Source: Lama glama (Eukaryota). From it: a DNA stretch of 64,000 bases. Under the pieces are notes generated by a model that was not told the DNA's origin, searched no databases, and worked only from the letters and a program-made list of their open reading frames with translations. The position numbers and the translations under genes are program-made. Every line of letters starts with the position of its first letter. The stretch's first letter is position 1. The stretch lies in the NCBI GenBank assembly GCA_028534125.1, contig CM052832.1:6140001-6204000 (forward strand). The letters run 5' to 3'. Below are positions 13,552 through 25,121 of this stretch, piece by piece.

Positions 13552-13829
13552 TTGCAGTAGGTTTTATCGTACACCATTTAATTTCAACACTTTAATCACT
13601 TATTTGTCACCGTTCCCTTGGGAGAGACAGCTGTCACTCCTGATTCGCATCCTCCTTTTTTATTTTCAGAAGGAATTTTGGTTTATCCACAGTTGGGCTG
13701 AGTCAGGGGACAGGCTGGAATGACCAACCATTAAGATGACTTACCACCAGAAAAGTGCTGGGGAGAAACAGGGAGGTTGTTTTCGTTTTTAATAATCACA
13801 GCAGGAGGTAAGGCTCTTCTGAGAAAGAT

Positions 13830-14850
13830 TCATGCAAGAGATTCAACTCCTTAACAATAAATATACAAGCCAGAAAAAACCATATGCAAATCAAAAGACA
13901 AAATAATAACTGGGGAAGCTATTGGCCTCATAGAGTTAATTTCCTTTAACGATGAAGAGCTTTTGCAAATTAATTAAGAGACCAACCATCCAAAAAATAG
14001 CTAGTCTGTGAACAAGACAGTGCACTGAAAGAAATACTGAGGGCTCTTAAAGGTATATAGATTTTTTTTTAACCTTGCTTAGAATAAGGAGAATTCAAAT
14101 TGAAATCTACACTGAGATACGATCTTTTAAAACATGTAAATATTTATTTGAGATACAGTTTTAACCTCTTTTACTGGCAAGGAGGAAAAGGTACGACACC
14201 ATCCTTGTGTCGTGAGGGACTAAGAACAGCACCCATCGCTGGTCCATCTGTGCGTGAGCCCCGCCCCCACGGAAGGCCATCTGGCTTCATCTCCCACAGT
14301 ACGTGTCCGCTGACCACTGACATTCCACTCCTAGGACTATGTTCTTCATCTGTTCTTATGTGCATCCCACATGTGTGCAGCATGATGCAAGTCCAAGTGT
14401 CCACTGTAGCATCACTTGGGATCACAACAGAGTGGAAGCAACACAAATGCCCTTCAGTAGAGGATGGGTTATGTAAGTGAGGGGACATCCACACAGTGGA
14501 ACAGCATGCACGAGTCAAAACCAGTGAGTCAGCTCTTCACATGCTAACCTCAAGAAGGATTTTTAAGTGGAAAAGGGCAGGGTGCATAACAGTGTATACC
14601 TAGACTGTGCCACCCTGTTGTTAAAAAAAAATTGTTAAGGGTGAAAAAGAAGAGCTGGGGTGGGGTGGAGAATATTTGTACGTACTAATTGGTGTAAGTA
14701 TGGATGGACTATTCCTGGATGAATACGTGGGGAGCTGGTAAAAGTTAACACTCTGAGGGGAGCTGAGTAGCCGAAGTCAGGTTAGTAAAGGAGACCTGTT
14801 TTCAAAGTCCCCACTGGTACCTATGGAATTGTGTGCCATGTATGTTCTCG
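13830..14850 (+). mobile_element. Ancient, degraded L1M fragments (ORF2 end and 3'UTR)
   Basis: A-rich degenerate L1 motifs, e.g. cattccactcctagga and tggaagcaacacaaatgcccttcagtagaggatggg. Confidence 0.55.
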
Positions 14851-17800
14851 TTCGAATGGCAGAATTCCAACTAAGGCTTTTAGGAATAACACTAATTTAA
14901 TCCAATGTGGGAAGTTCAGAAAACTTGAGTCACAAAGATAAGCTTGAGCTTTCTCACCTCAAGAAAATTTCCTATGAAATTATTTTCCATCCTCCTCAAC
15001 TGTTTTTTGGAACGTTCTAAAGCCTTTAGTCTGGTGTTCGCTGGAGAAATACCGCAAGATTCATGTGCCCCAATGAACGGGGCGGAGCTACTGTACAGTC
15101 GGTCTCTGTAGGTCTTATCTTCAGTATACAGGTGCCAGCCTGGAACACACAAGACCTCCTTTTATACAGTTTGGTCTTCCTTCTTGTCTTCAGGCAAGCG
15201 TGTAAGATAAGTGCCACCTCTTTTCGTGGTTAGAATTGTCCAAGAGTATGTGGGGGCGGGGAAGGCTTCCTAATAGGTCTCTTTGAGTGACATTTAGGGA
15301 AACTCCTCATGCATGGATGAGGCTGAGCTCTTAGCAGGGCTGGCAGTGTATCTGACTGTGAGTGGGCTCCAGCCTTGAACCCAGGGAGCCCCCGACCCAC
15401 TACCCTCACTTCCCTTTTTGAGGAAGCTAGTCGGTGAGTCAGCCCAGAGCCGCAGCCTTAGGGCTGATGTCAGCAGCGGGGACAGCCTGCAGACACACGC
15501 CGGCAGCTGGGCAGGACACGCCCTCCGGAGCCAGCTGGTTCTTACCAGCTCCGGCCGCTTCGCACAGCCCGACTTGTCGTGACTTCCTGTGGCTTGTCCC
15601 CTGTGCACCAGTCCTCCCGCCTTAAGTTTTCTTGCTGATGGCGGGGACTGGCCACCAACAACACCCTGGTTTACATGCGGATGGATTTGTAGCCTTTGGG
15701 ATTCAGTTTTGAAACTTAACTCTTAGACGTGATCAGAATTAGCCGATGACATATACACACAAGACTATCTAGCAGCTGCCTTGATGGGGGCTCGAGGTAC
15801 TTCAGGGAGAAACACAGCCTGGCCAGCTAGCCTGGGTTAATATTTAAATATAGTCTTTGGTAACGTTGCAGCTGAAACAAAGGCCTCCAATTATCCTATG
15901 CTTGGGCAGACCTAGGGTGGGTGTGGGGTGTCTTTTAAAATAATTCCCCAGTGGTTTTGGCATTTTTTGGTCAGGTTAATCCTGTGAGCCTCCTGCGGGG
16001 AGTTTGTTTGGCCCCCAGCTCCCCTGAGCAGCGCAGAGTCAGCATTCACTCAGCTCTGTTACCTCTGTGGTCTTGAGTGGGTTCCCAGGGAAGCTGAATG
16101 GGACGTCTTGGCCTTGTTAGATCTGAAGATCTGAAGTCCTGTTCCTGCTTCCGCCCCATGACCTACCATGACCCCAGGGAGATCTAGACAGCCGAGACCC
16201 ACCCGCCAATGACAACGTAGATTTACGTGTTAGCGCTGTCCCCTGCGTATGCAGTGGAAGCACCTCCTTGTCTCCGTTTCCTGTAGTCTTGGCAGGAGAA
16301 CGAGGAAGAAAGAAGGACAACAAAAAACTAAACAGTCAGACGCTTAGGAAAAGTTTGGGGAATTTTTGTCTTAAGGTTGTTTGGCTCTTAGCCCTTCTTT
16401 TTTATTTCTTTTCCTGGATTTTGAAAAGAAGACTTAGGAAACAAAGAAAAATTAAAACACGGTACAGCAGACACCCACAACCTACTACCTAGATTCAGTA
16501 ATTACTCCTCTTTTGACATCTTTGCTTTTACCTATATACGCGTGTAAATATTTTCAGTCCGTATTCCTGTTTCCAAGACTTCCCTCCAAGTTTCTTAACC
16601 ACTGATAATCCTTCTTTTAAAGGTTTAGGAATCAGCGTCTTCTCATTTTTCTCTTAATTTTTTTTTTACTTTTTGTTTGCAAAAATTTTTTATTGAGTCA
16701 ATTTGGATTTATTCTTTTCAAGTCCCCTTACTTCGGGTTGGCTTGAACAAGAACTCACACTCAGAAGAATAAATGAAATCATTGTTTCATATCTTCTGGA
16801 GCTTTAAGGAAACCTGCTTCTTTTTCTCCTTTTTGTTGGGGGTGGTGTTTTCATTCTTATTTATTTTTTAAAGAAGAAATCACCGTATACAGGTATTCTT
16901 TAGTATCTGAACTTAGGAATTGAATAGATTCAGATACATTTTTGGAGATAGGCCTGGTAGCTTTCATTATCTGAATCCTCATTTAGATCTGAAGTCCTGG
17001 AACAATACAGCATTTCTTATTATCTGAATTCCTTTTCTCTAAACTTAGGGACTGTATCATATGGAGATTCTGATATGAGAGAGATTTATATGGCAAGGAG
17101 GCTAGTGCTTGCTTTTATCAGCCCAGTGTTACATACCTACATGGATCTGCTGGAGGTCATGAAATCCAGTTTTGTCTTGATTACACAGGCAGTTGGGAGG
17201 AGGGGGGAAACAAGAGATAATAACATCATCCTTAAATAGTTGTAGTTATGTCTTTATTTGCGACTGTAATTCTTTTGAGATAAACCTTTAGTGGAAATTG
17301 AATTTGTTTGTTTTTAAATAGTCACTGGTCTGTTGGGATCTGAAATATTTTCAAATAGGAAACAAAGTTATTGGCTCCAGTTGAAGTTTTTACATAATCT
17401 CTCATCTTTATCTCTGGGCAATCACCCAGCCAGCGTGCAAAATCTGCCTTTGGGTTATAGGTCCTTGCAGACCCTGCCTCTGGCCCCTTCACTCTGGCTG
17501 CAGGGCCAGGGCAGCCCTCGGTGGCCAGATGACGTCTTATATTGAGTTTACAGGGTTTGCCAATTTCTCTAACCTTAGTAGGTCCAGATAAGGAAGTGAC
17601 TTGGCTCAGCAAAGATTACTTGGAAACTAGACCAGACCAGATCTCGAATCTTGGCTTCTGTGACCATAGGGAGGTTACTTAAAGCTCTGAGAGTCTCAGT
17701 TTTCTCTTCTGTAAAATGGAGCTAATAAAAGCTACCTTAATGTCATCTGGATTCCATATATTTCATGCCGACTCGTTTAGCACAGTATTGATGATGGCTT

Positions 17801-20058
17801 ATTTCGTTAAGTCCCTTTTTGTTTACTGGATCTGAGTAACAAACTGGTCAACTCGGATGGAATACCAATTAGTTTCCACTGAATTTAGCAAATGAGTTTT
17901 TGAAAACCGTCATTAAAGTGATAGAAATTTTCACAAATGTCACAAAAGAACTCTTCCTTCTTTCTAAGTGTTGGATGAGGTCTGGAGGGAAAGTTCAGTT
18001 GAAATGGTGTCTTGATTGTAAGGAGCTTTCTTCTTGAGTCTATCAGGCATATCTGGCGATAGAGCAGGGAGAAAAGGAATCTTGTGGAATCTGAATGGGT
18101 GATGCCAGGAGCCAAGGGGTTAAGTTGAACCATTTTAGCAGATTGGCAAAGGGGCATCTAGGCTGGGTAATTAAGGCTTCATTTCAGGGGATCACTGATG
18201 CATCAAAGTTGTTAATTAGTTTTATGAAAACAGATTGTGCAACCACCAGGAGATTGTAATTGGGTAGTAATTGAAAATAACTCGGTGGTATCTTAGTTGA
18301 GTGAACCAATTGGGGGTAACTTGGAGGGAGAAAGGGAATTGGGGTCCACAGGTGGGGAGGTGGCATCATGAAACAGGTATGATAAGACAAACAATGTGAA
18401 GACATAATTTGAGGAAGAATGACCTAGAGTAATCTTTTTCTTTAGAAATGAGGAAACAGGGCTGAAAAGGGGTGTGGTTTTCTGCCAGTGGTGAGTGTAT
18501 CCACTGTCCCCGACCACACAGCTAGTTGGTGGTAGATTTCTTTTTTCCCCTTGCCATGATGTTCCAGGACTTTCATGACTTTGATTCTTAGGAGCTGACT
18601 GTGAAGAACATGATACTCATGCTGAAAAGAAGCTTCTGAGGCTGGAGTCCCCTGCCCCTTGCAGTTTGCAGAGTATGCTCAGAACTGCTGCTCCCTCACA
18701 GGAGAGGAGCAAAGTTGTCTCAAACCCTGTTTCCTTCATACACCACCTTCGCCATGACTATCAGTCTACCATCCATGGCTCCACCATCCCCGGGGCTGGA
18801 GAAACACTGCAGCCTTCCACAGTGTGTCATCCTAGGAAGGGCCAGTCGACAGGGAAGTGATTTGGGGGGGTTGGTATTTTTGAGCTTCAGTTTCAGGTTG
18901 TGACTGAATTGAGCACCCAGAGTGGGCACTTCAGTTTGGGGAGGGATGGAGGGTTTCCAGAACACACCTGGAGATGGCTCATTCCAGTACAACGCAAATA
19001 CAAGTGAAGTCATTGTTCTCACCAACGCTACTCAAATCTCGGCAGCCCAGAGACGTTCAAGCCCACAAATTGCAATCCATACCTTGTTTGCCTCATCCGT
19101 TCCGGCTGGTTCCTAACTCAGTGGTTTTGCTCATCAGAAAGGAGAGCAGTCAGGTCAGCCATGGAGCGATAGGTGTGATTCAGCTGCTGTAAGGTGAGCC
19201 ATTTATCTCTCTTCCCTTATCAGTTCAGGCTAATAAAGGATCCGGAAGGACAAAGCGTATGGGCATGGAAACTGATCCGGAGGACGTTGTTGGCCAAAGT
19301 AAGCTGCCTGCTCTTGAAGTTCACACGAGGGGTCCGAGCTGTTTGAGGCTGCTCAGAGAGCTCTCCCCTCCTTATCCCTGCCACCCTCCACTCTTGTTAG
19401 TCTGTCTTACCATCTCTCTGCCTTATTTCTCGAGGGAGTCTCCCAAGTTAACATGGTTCGCTCGCCTCTGCAGAACAAAGAGAACTTGACTTTTCAAGTT
19501 TCTCCAAAGGAGCTTCAGATATCTTGCCTTCCCTGGCCAAGTTTTTCCCTGAGACCTGTCTTTCAAGTCTTAATATTTGCCTCGCTGCAGTAGGTTGGGG
19601 AGGAGTGTTGTCCTTTTGTGCCCGTGAACGCTTGCGAAAAGTATAGAGGGGAGTTCAGCCAAGTGGATGGTCTTCCAACTGCCCTGTGCCTTGGCTCCTG
19701 CTGTAAATAAGGGCTGCTGCGGCCACAACATTTGCAAGTGAAGAGCGAGAAAGCATACTCCTCGGTGGTGACGGCTTTTAAAAATAACATTTATTGTTTT
19801 TCTAATTACGAAAGTTAATATGTCCCTGTAGAGAACTTGGGAAGCTTAGAGAAGAATCAGGAATAAACTAAGTTACTCATGATCTACGTTGTGAATGTTT
19901 TGATAAGTTTATGCTCAAGAGGATAAAACCCTCTTTTAATGGACTTTCTTGTTTAGCGCATGTCTTCTTTTTTAGTATCTAAGTCTTATTGTGTGTGTTC
20001 TTAACGTGCTGTGAACTCAGTACTGAACCATGAACTTTGCTGAACTAATAAAGAATTG

Positions 20059-20220
20059 TGAGGAAGGGTGTAACTCAGTGGTAGAGTGCCCGCCTGGCAT
20101 GCATGAGGTCTTGGGTTTAATTCTCAGTGCCTCCATTAAAAAGTAAATAAGCATACTTACCTGCCCCCCACAACCACAAAATAAAAATAAATTAAATAAA
20201 AATAAATTTTAAAAAAAACA
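20059..20220 (+). mobile_element. tRNA-derived SINE (vic-1-like, long-tail form)
   Basis: ggaagggtgtaactcagtggtagagtgc...gaggtcttgggtttaattctcagtgcctccattaaaa...ttacctgccccc followed by an A-rich tail. Confidence 0.88.
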
Positions 20221-22086
20221 ATTAATTTCACCCACCCATCCTGAGGCTTCAGTTACTCATTAGAGAAATCACAGCTAACACGATGCTTGAGTTGCGGAGC
20301 TGCAAACCAATTTTGATGGATGGTGTCAATATTAAGGTAAAGGGAGGAAAGAACTAAGTTTCCAGGAGCATTTTTTTTTTCTTCTAGAGAATAAATGCAA
20401 GTAACTTCAGAGAAACCTGGAATGCAACCCGCTCCTGAGTGTCCTCTACATAGTGATGGAGAGCTGTGCTTAGTAGCTGAATGGATTTTCTAGAGAGATG
20501 GTTGTCAGATGGTCTCTGGCTCTCATGGTGGTGGAGATGCTAAAACCATTCCTACGGGCATTTTCACATTCATTTTGACTCACTGTTAATTATAAGACAG
20601 CATCACTTCAGCATTCTGTCTCTCCAAATTATGTCGGCCATCATGGCCTTCCTTTCCACCGATAAGATCCTTTGGCAAAGGTAGGGGGGGAAATGAAATA
20701 TTTAAAGGTTTGAACCAAGTTCAGGAAATAGGTGGGTGGACTTCTTAGTCTGCCAGCATGTGATTTGTGGGCGGGAATTAATTCCTTTTGTAAGCAAGAA
20801 CAGGGCACTATATTGACTGACCGTGTCGCCCAATGTACTGTCCCTGAGAACCAGAGTGTAGACAAGTGCTCTTTGTCTCATGGAGTGAATGAAAAATGTG
20901 TATTGGCTTGCATGGCTGTGTGCATTTTCAGGGAGGAGGGGCACATGCCTGGGTCTAATGAATTAAAATCTTAAAAGCCATAAAACTTGTCTGTGGATCA
21001 GAAGGGGCTGGTGGGAATGCTTGATATCCAAGTCTTAAACTTGCGCAGGAAGCAGAGGCAGGATGTGGGTATGGGGGAAGGCGCTGCTGGAACATTAGAC
21101 ATGGTGTCATCAGAGGTCTTCAGAATCTGCAGTCGGTGGCAAGAATTTCTCAGGCCTTACAGGTTGTAAAAGAGGCAATTGCACTTTGCTTTGTGTGTTT
21201 TACAACTGGGCAACGTCATACTTTGAAATGAGGGTCAATGTCTGTCTGATTGAGGAACTTGAAAATGTTTCGCTTGACTTCTCATGAGGGGAGTCATGTG
21301 GTTTCTAATGAGCGGTGATTAACAGCTCCGAGAGGAGTGTATGTCGCTTCCTGAACCCTGCCCTGTGTCATCTGGCCACCCGGCTTCCAGATATTCCTCC
21401 ATCCCAGAAGAGCCAATAAAAAGATAAAGTCAACCCAGCAGGAGATGCCATGAGTGACTGCCAGAGCCCTCACATGTAGTGTCAAAGGACAGGGACAAGC
21501 AGACGTGTCCAGCAGACCTTAGTAGAGCACTGGCTTTCGCCAGGGTCTGTGTGCCCTCCCTGGGCCTTAGTCACTTCACCTGTACAATGGGGTGATACCA
21601 CCGATCACCTCCGCCCGTCTCCACCGGGCATCCTGGTACAAACTGTGATTATACCTCACCTGGTCACTGTAGCAGTGTCCTAACTGCTCTCTCTGCGTTG
21701 ATTCTTGCCTCCCTCAGATCCGGTCTCCACACAGCAGCCAGAGTGGCCATGAAGCTGGCTCTCTCCACCTGTAACCATCTTACTTGTTTGCGTTCTTGTT
21801 ATTGTCTCTCTGACCCTCACCCCACAATGCAAGCTTCACGGTCTCCACTACATCCTTACAAGCCGGTCCCCTGGCTAGGTGGTCCTCCCTCTCCTTCCAG
21901 CAGCTTTTGCCTCCGGTGTTTTCCTGTCCTCCTTTTTTCCAGCAGTTTGATTTACTTCCTGAGCTAGTTTGAGATGGGAGTCAGGAGATGTAGGGTTTAG
22001 TCTGCGTTCTGCCTCTTCCTGGTTGGGTGCCCTGAAGACAGTCACGTAGCCTCTCTAGGTCAATTTCCTTATGTGTAAAGAGAGGG

Positions 22087-22433
22087 CGTATTGGTTTGCG
22101 AAGACTGCTGTAAAAGAGTGGGATGCTTAAAAGTCAGAAGTTTATTTTCTCACAATTCTGGAGACTAGACGCTGGAGATAAAGGTGTCCGCAGGGTTGAT
22201 TCTCCTGGGCTTGTGGATATCCGTCTTCTCCGTGTGTCTTCACATGGCTCCCCTCTGTGTCTGCGTCCTAACCTTTTCTTCCTATGAGGACACCAGTCAC
22301 ATTGCATTAGGGCCCAGCTGTACCTTCATTGCCTTGTTAAAGGCTCTGTCTCCAAATACAGTCATCTTCTGAGGCACAGGGCGTTACGAGTTCAACACCT
22401 GAATTTTTGAGGGGCACGTATTTCCACCCGTCA
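22087..22433 (-). mobile_element. MaLR solo LTR (MLT1-like)
   Basis: tttattttctcacaattctggagactaga...gtgtcttcacatgg...gaggacaccagtcacattg...tctccaaatacagtca. Confidence 0.8.
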
Positions 22434-22711
22434 CGGAGGAGAAATGCTGGGTGTTATCTGAGACCATTTCCAGTGATACAAAATTACATTTTAAGTTAGA
22501 GGTCTGCCTCTTCACTTCCTTGTCCAGTTTCACTCCCGTCAGGTGACAGCTTGGTGCATATGCCTCCTGATTTTTGATGTTCATACGTATCCTCACGTAT
22601 ATTTTGTAGAGCTTAACAGTGTGTGTGTATCTAGCGATAATATGTTATAGACTGTCAAATGGGAGAATTTATAAAATATTAAATGAAACCAAAAATAGCA
22701 TCTGCGGAGGG

Positions 22712-22892
22712 CTTTTTCTTTTTTTTTTCATTTTTTTCCTTCATCAGTTAAACAATTTATTTTACTTTTTAATTTTATTTTTATTGAAGTATAGTTGATT
22801 TATAGTGTTGTGTTAGTTTCTGGGGTACAGCAAAAGTGATTCAGTTATACGAATGTATATATAATCTTGTTCAGATTCTTTTCCATTATAGT
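22712..22892 (-). mobile_element. 5'-truncated L1 3' end upstream of exon 5
   Basis: Poly(T), then ttattgaagtatagttgatttatagtgttgtgttagtttctggggtacagc...ttttccattatag. Confidence 0.85.
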
Positions 22893-22943
22893 TTCTGTAA
22901 TTTTCAAAGTCTGTAATTGAACGTTGTTTGTTGCCATCCACAG

Positions 22944-23172
22944 CTGGAAACGGACAAGCTGGCCCTCCCGATGAGCCCCAGCCCCCTCGGCCCGAGCCCC
23001 ATGCCCAGCCCCAACACGAAACTTGAGAACTCCACGCTCCTGACGGTGGAGCCCTCCCCGCTCGACAAGAACAAGGGCTTCTTCGTGGACGAGTCCGAGC
23101 CCCTTCTGCGCTGCGACTCCACGTCCAGCGGCTCCTCGGCCCTGAGCAGGACCGGCTCCTTTATAACCAAAG
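22944..23172 (+). CDS. TNFRSF21: TNFRSF21 exon 5, Pro/Ser-rich cytoplasmic region
   Basis: Acceptor ccatccacag|CTG and donor AAAG|gtacag, 229 bp. Phase 0 start joins exon 4 in frame: [76 protein letters not shown]. Confidence 0.97.
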
Positions 23173-23204
23173 GTACAGGTGGCTCCCATCTCTCATTCAT
23201 TCTT

Positions 23205-23432
23205 TTTAAAACATCTTACTGAAGTATCGTTGATTCACAGTGTTTAAAGTGTACAAAAGAGTGACTCAGATAGAGGTATGTGTATGTATTCTTTTTCAGA
23301 TTCTTTTCCACTATACGTTATCACAAGTTACTGAATATGGCTCCCTGTGCAACACAGTAGGACCTTGTTGTTTATCTACTTTATATACAGTAGTGTCTGA
23401 AATCCCAGACTCCTGACTTATCCCTCCCCCCA
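23205..23432 (-). mobile_element. 5'-truncated L1 3' end with perfect 11-bp TSD
   Basis: gaagtatcgttgattcacagtg...ctgaatatggctccctgtgc...; TSD cattcattctt at 23194-23204 and 23433-23443. Confidence 0.88.
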
Positions 23433-24149
23433 CATTCATTCTTAAGCCTCCCCTAGTAGAGCCCATGGGATTTCTCCATCAGTTCCCCATTCCAGTAGGA
23501 GCTGGGTCATTTGATTAACTTGCCCTGGACTCTGAGGTGAGGCTGGCCTGTGAGGAACCACGTCATTAGCCAGTCGGGACCCGCCTAGAAAATCTTTACA
23601 GCCCCGGCTGTCTGGCCGGGAGCCTGGGACCGGGAGTATCGGTCACCCTTTATCCTCACGATGCTATCAAACGTGTGTTTCGGGGAAGGTCCGATAACAT
23701 GTAGTCTGGCAGGTTTTTTTTTTTTTTTGCAAATTATTTACCAGACTTACAGAATCCAGGGCTGTAGAGTATAAGCTATCTTCAGAGTCTGGAGTATAGG
23801 TTTTGGTGACTCCGATTAAAGTTCACTCTGTTAAGCTTGGTTGCAAGTAACAATATTTTAAACATCGTGGATTGGGACTTCTGGTAAATAATTTGCCACT
23901 TGCAGTTTTTAATTGCAGGGTAGGGAATTAGCATGTACACCATATTGATGACAGATTTTTAGTTGAAATTTCCTAGTTTGCATAATACCAGTTATATTTT
24001 ACTGAAAAGTTTCTATTTTATGTTGCTATATTTTATATGTGGATAAAATATGTTCTATTTTACATGTTTATATTTTATACTTCATATATTATATATTTTA
24101 TATTTTTTGGTTTTGTTTGTTTTCTTTATATTTTCTAGGTGACTTAAGT

Positions 24150-24283
24150 TTTTAGTTGTTTTTTCTTTTTAGTGGGGGGAGGTAATTAGGTTTTTTATTT
24201 ATTTATAGAGGAGGTACTGGGGATTGAACCCAGGACCTTGTGCATGCTAAGCATGTGCTCTACCACTAAGCTATTCCCTCCCC
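24150..24283 (-). mobile_element. tRNA-derived SINE (vic-1-like, long-tail form)
   Basis: ggggggaggtaattagg...gaggtactggggattgaacccaggaccttgtgcatgctaagcatgtgctctaccactaagctattccctcccc. Confidence 0.92.
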
Positions 24284-24891
24284 TCTATATGTTTACAAAA
24301 GATTTACATATTAGTTTATAATTTATGTTACATAAAGTTTATAATGGTAGTAAAAGTTATAGTTCCTCACCCCACTGCAAGGTGTGACCCAAGAAGCAAT
24401 GTTTTCTTGTTTATGAGCTTTTGCTCTTCACAATTTAGTTCTGAAATATGGCAACGTAATTAGAAAGTCAGATAAGCTGATTATTGGCTTGGAAAGTTTG
24501 AAGGGAAGGGCTGAGCTGATGTGTTTGCTTACACAGTACAGATGGGGAAAGTGGTGAAGTTTTTTTTTTAAGTTTAAGTATTTCAGCATTCTCCTGAGTT
24601 GCAGAAGAATGTAGGAGAAGTCATGTAAGTCTCAGCAAATGTCAAGTTACATCAACAGCCCATTCCATCAGATCCTTGTCTGATCTCTATTAGGCGAATC
24701 TTGTTTGTTATCTTATGCGCATTGTGGGTAAAAACAACTGGGTGGTTTAGCATGTCTGGGATGTTCACTCACCTTGGTGGGGTGGGGCAGTGACAGCCTG
24801 GGGAGAGGGTCGCTGTCACTCTGAGCTCTCCTCCTTCCCCTGATACAGTCCCTTTACAGCTGTCCCCTTCCCACTCCTCTCTTCCCTGCAG

Positions 24892-25121
24892 AAAAGAAGG
24901 ACACAGTGTTGCGACAGGTCCGCCTGGACCCCTGCGACTTGCAGCCTATTTTTGACGACATGCTCCACATTCTGAATCCCGAGGAGCTGCGGGTGATTGA
25001 AGAGATTCCTCAGGCTGAGGACAAACTGGACCGGCTATTTGAGATTATTGGAGTCAAGAGCCAGGAAGCCAGCCAGACCCTCCTGGACTCTGTTTATAGC
25101 CATCTCCCCGACCTGTTGTAG
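24892..25121 (+). CDS. TNFRSF21: TNFRSF21 last coding exon (exon 6), C-terminal CARD-like helical domain, to TAG stop
   Basis: Pyrimidine tract ...cttccctgcag|AA, phase compatible with exon 5 (G|AA = Glu). Translation [78 protein letters not shown] at 25119-25121. Confidence 0.97.

Noticed and set aside
16118..17050. Recurrent tatctgaa/agatctgaagtcctg words and a 9-bp inverted repeat
   Set aside because: Too short and irregular to define an element. Likely chance or a decayed DNA transposon.
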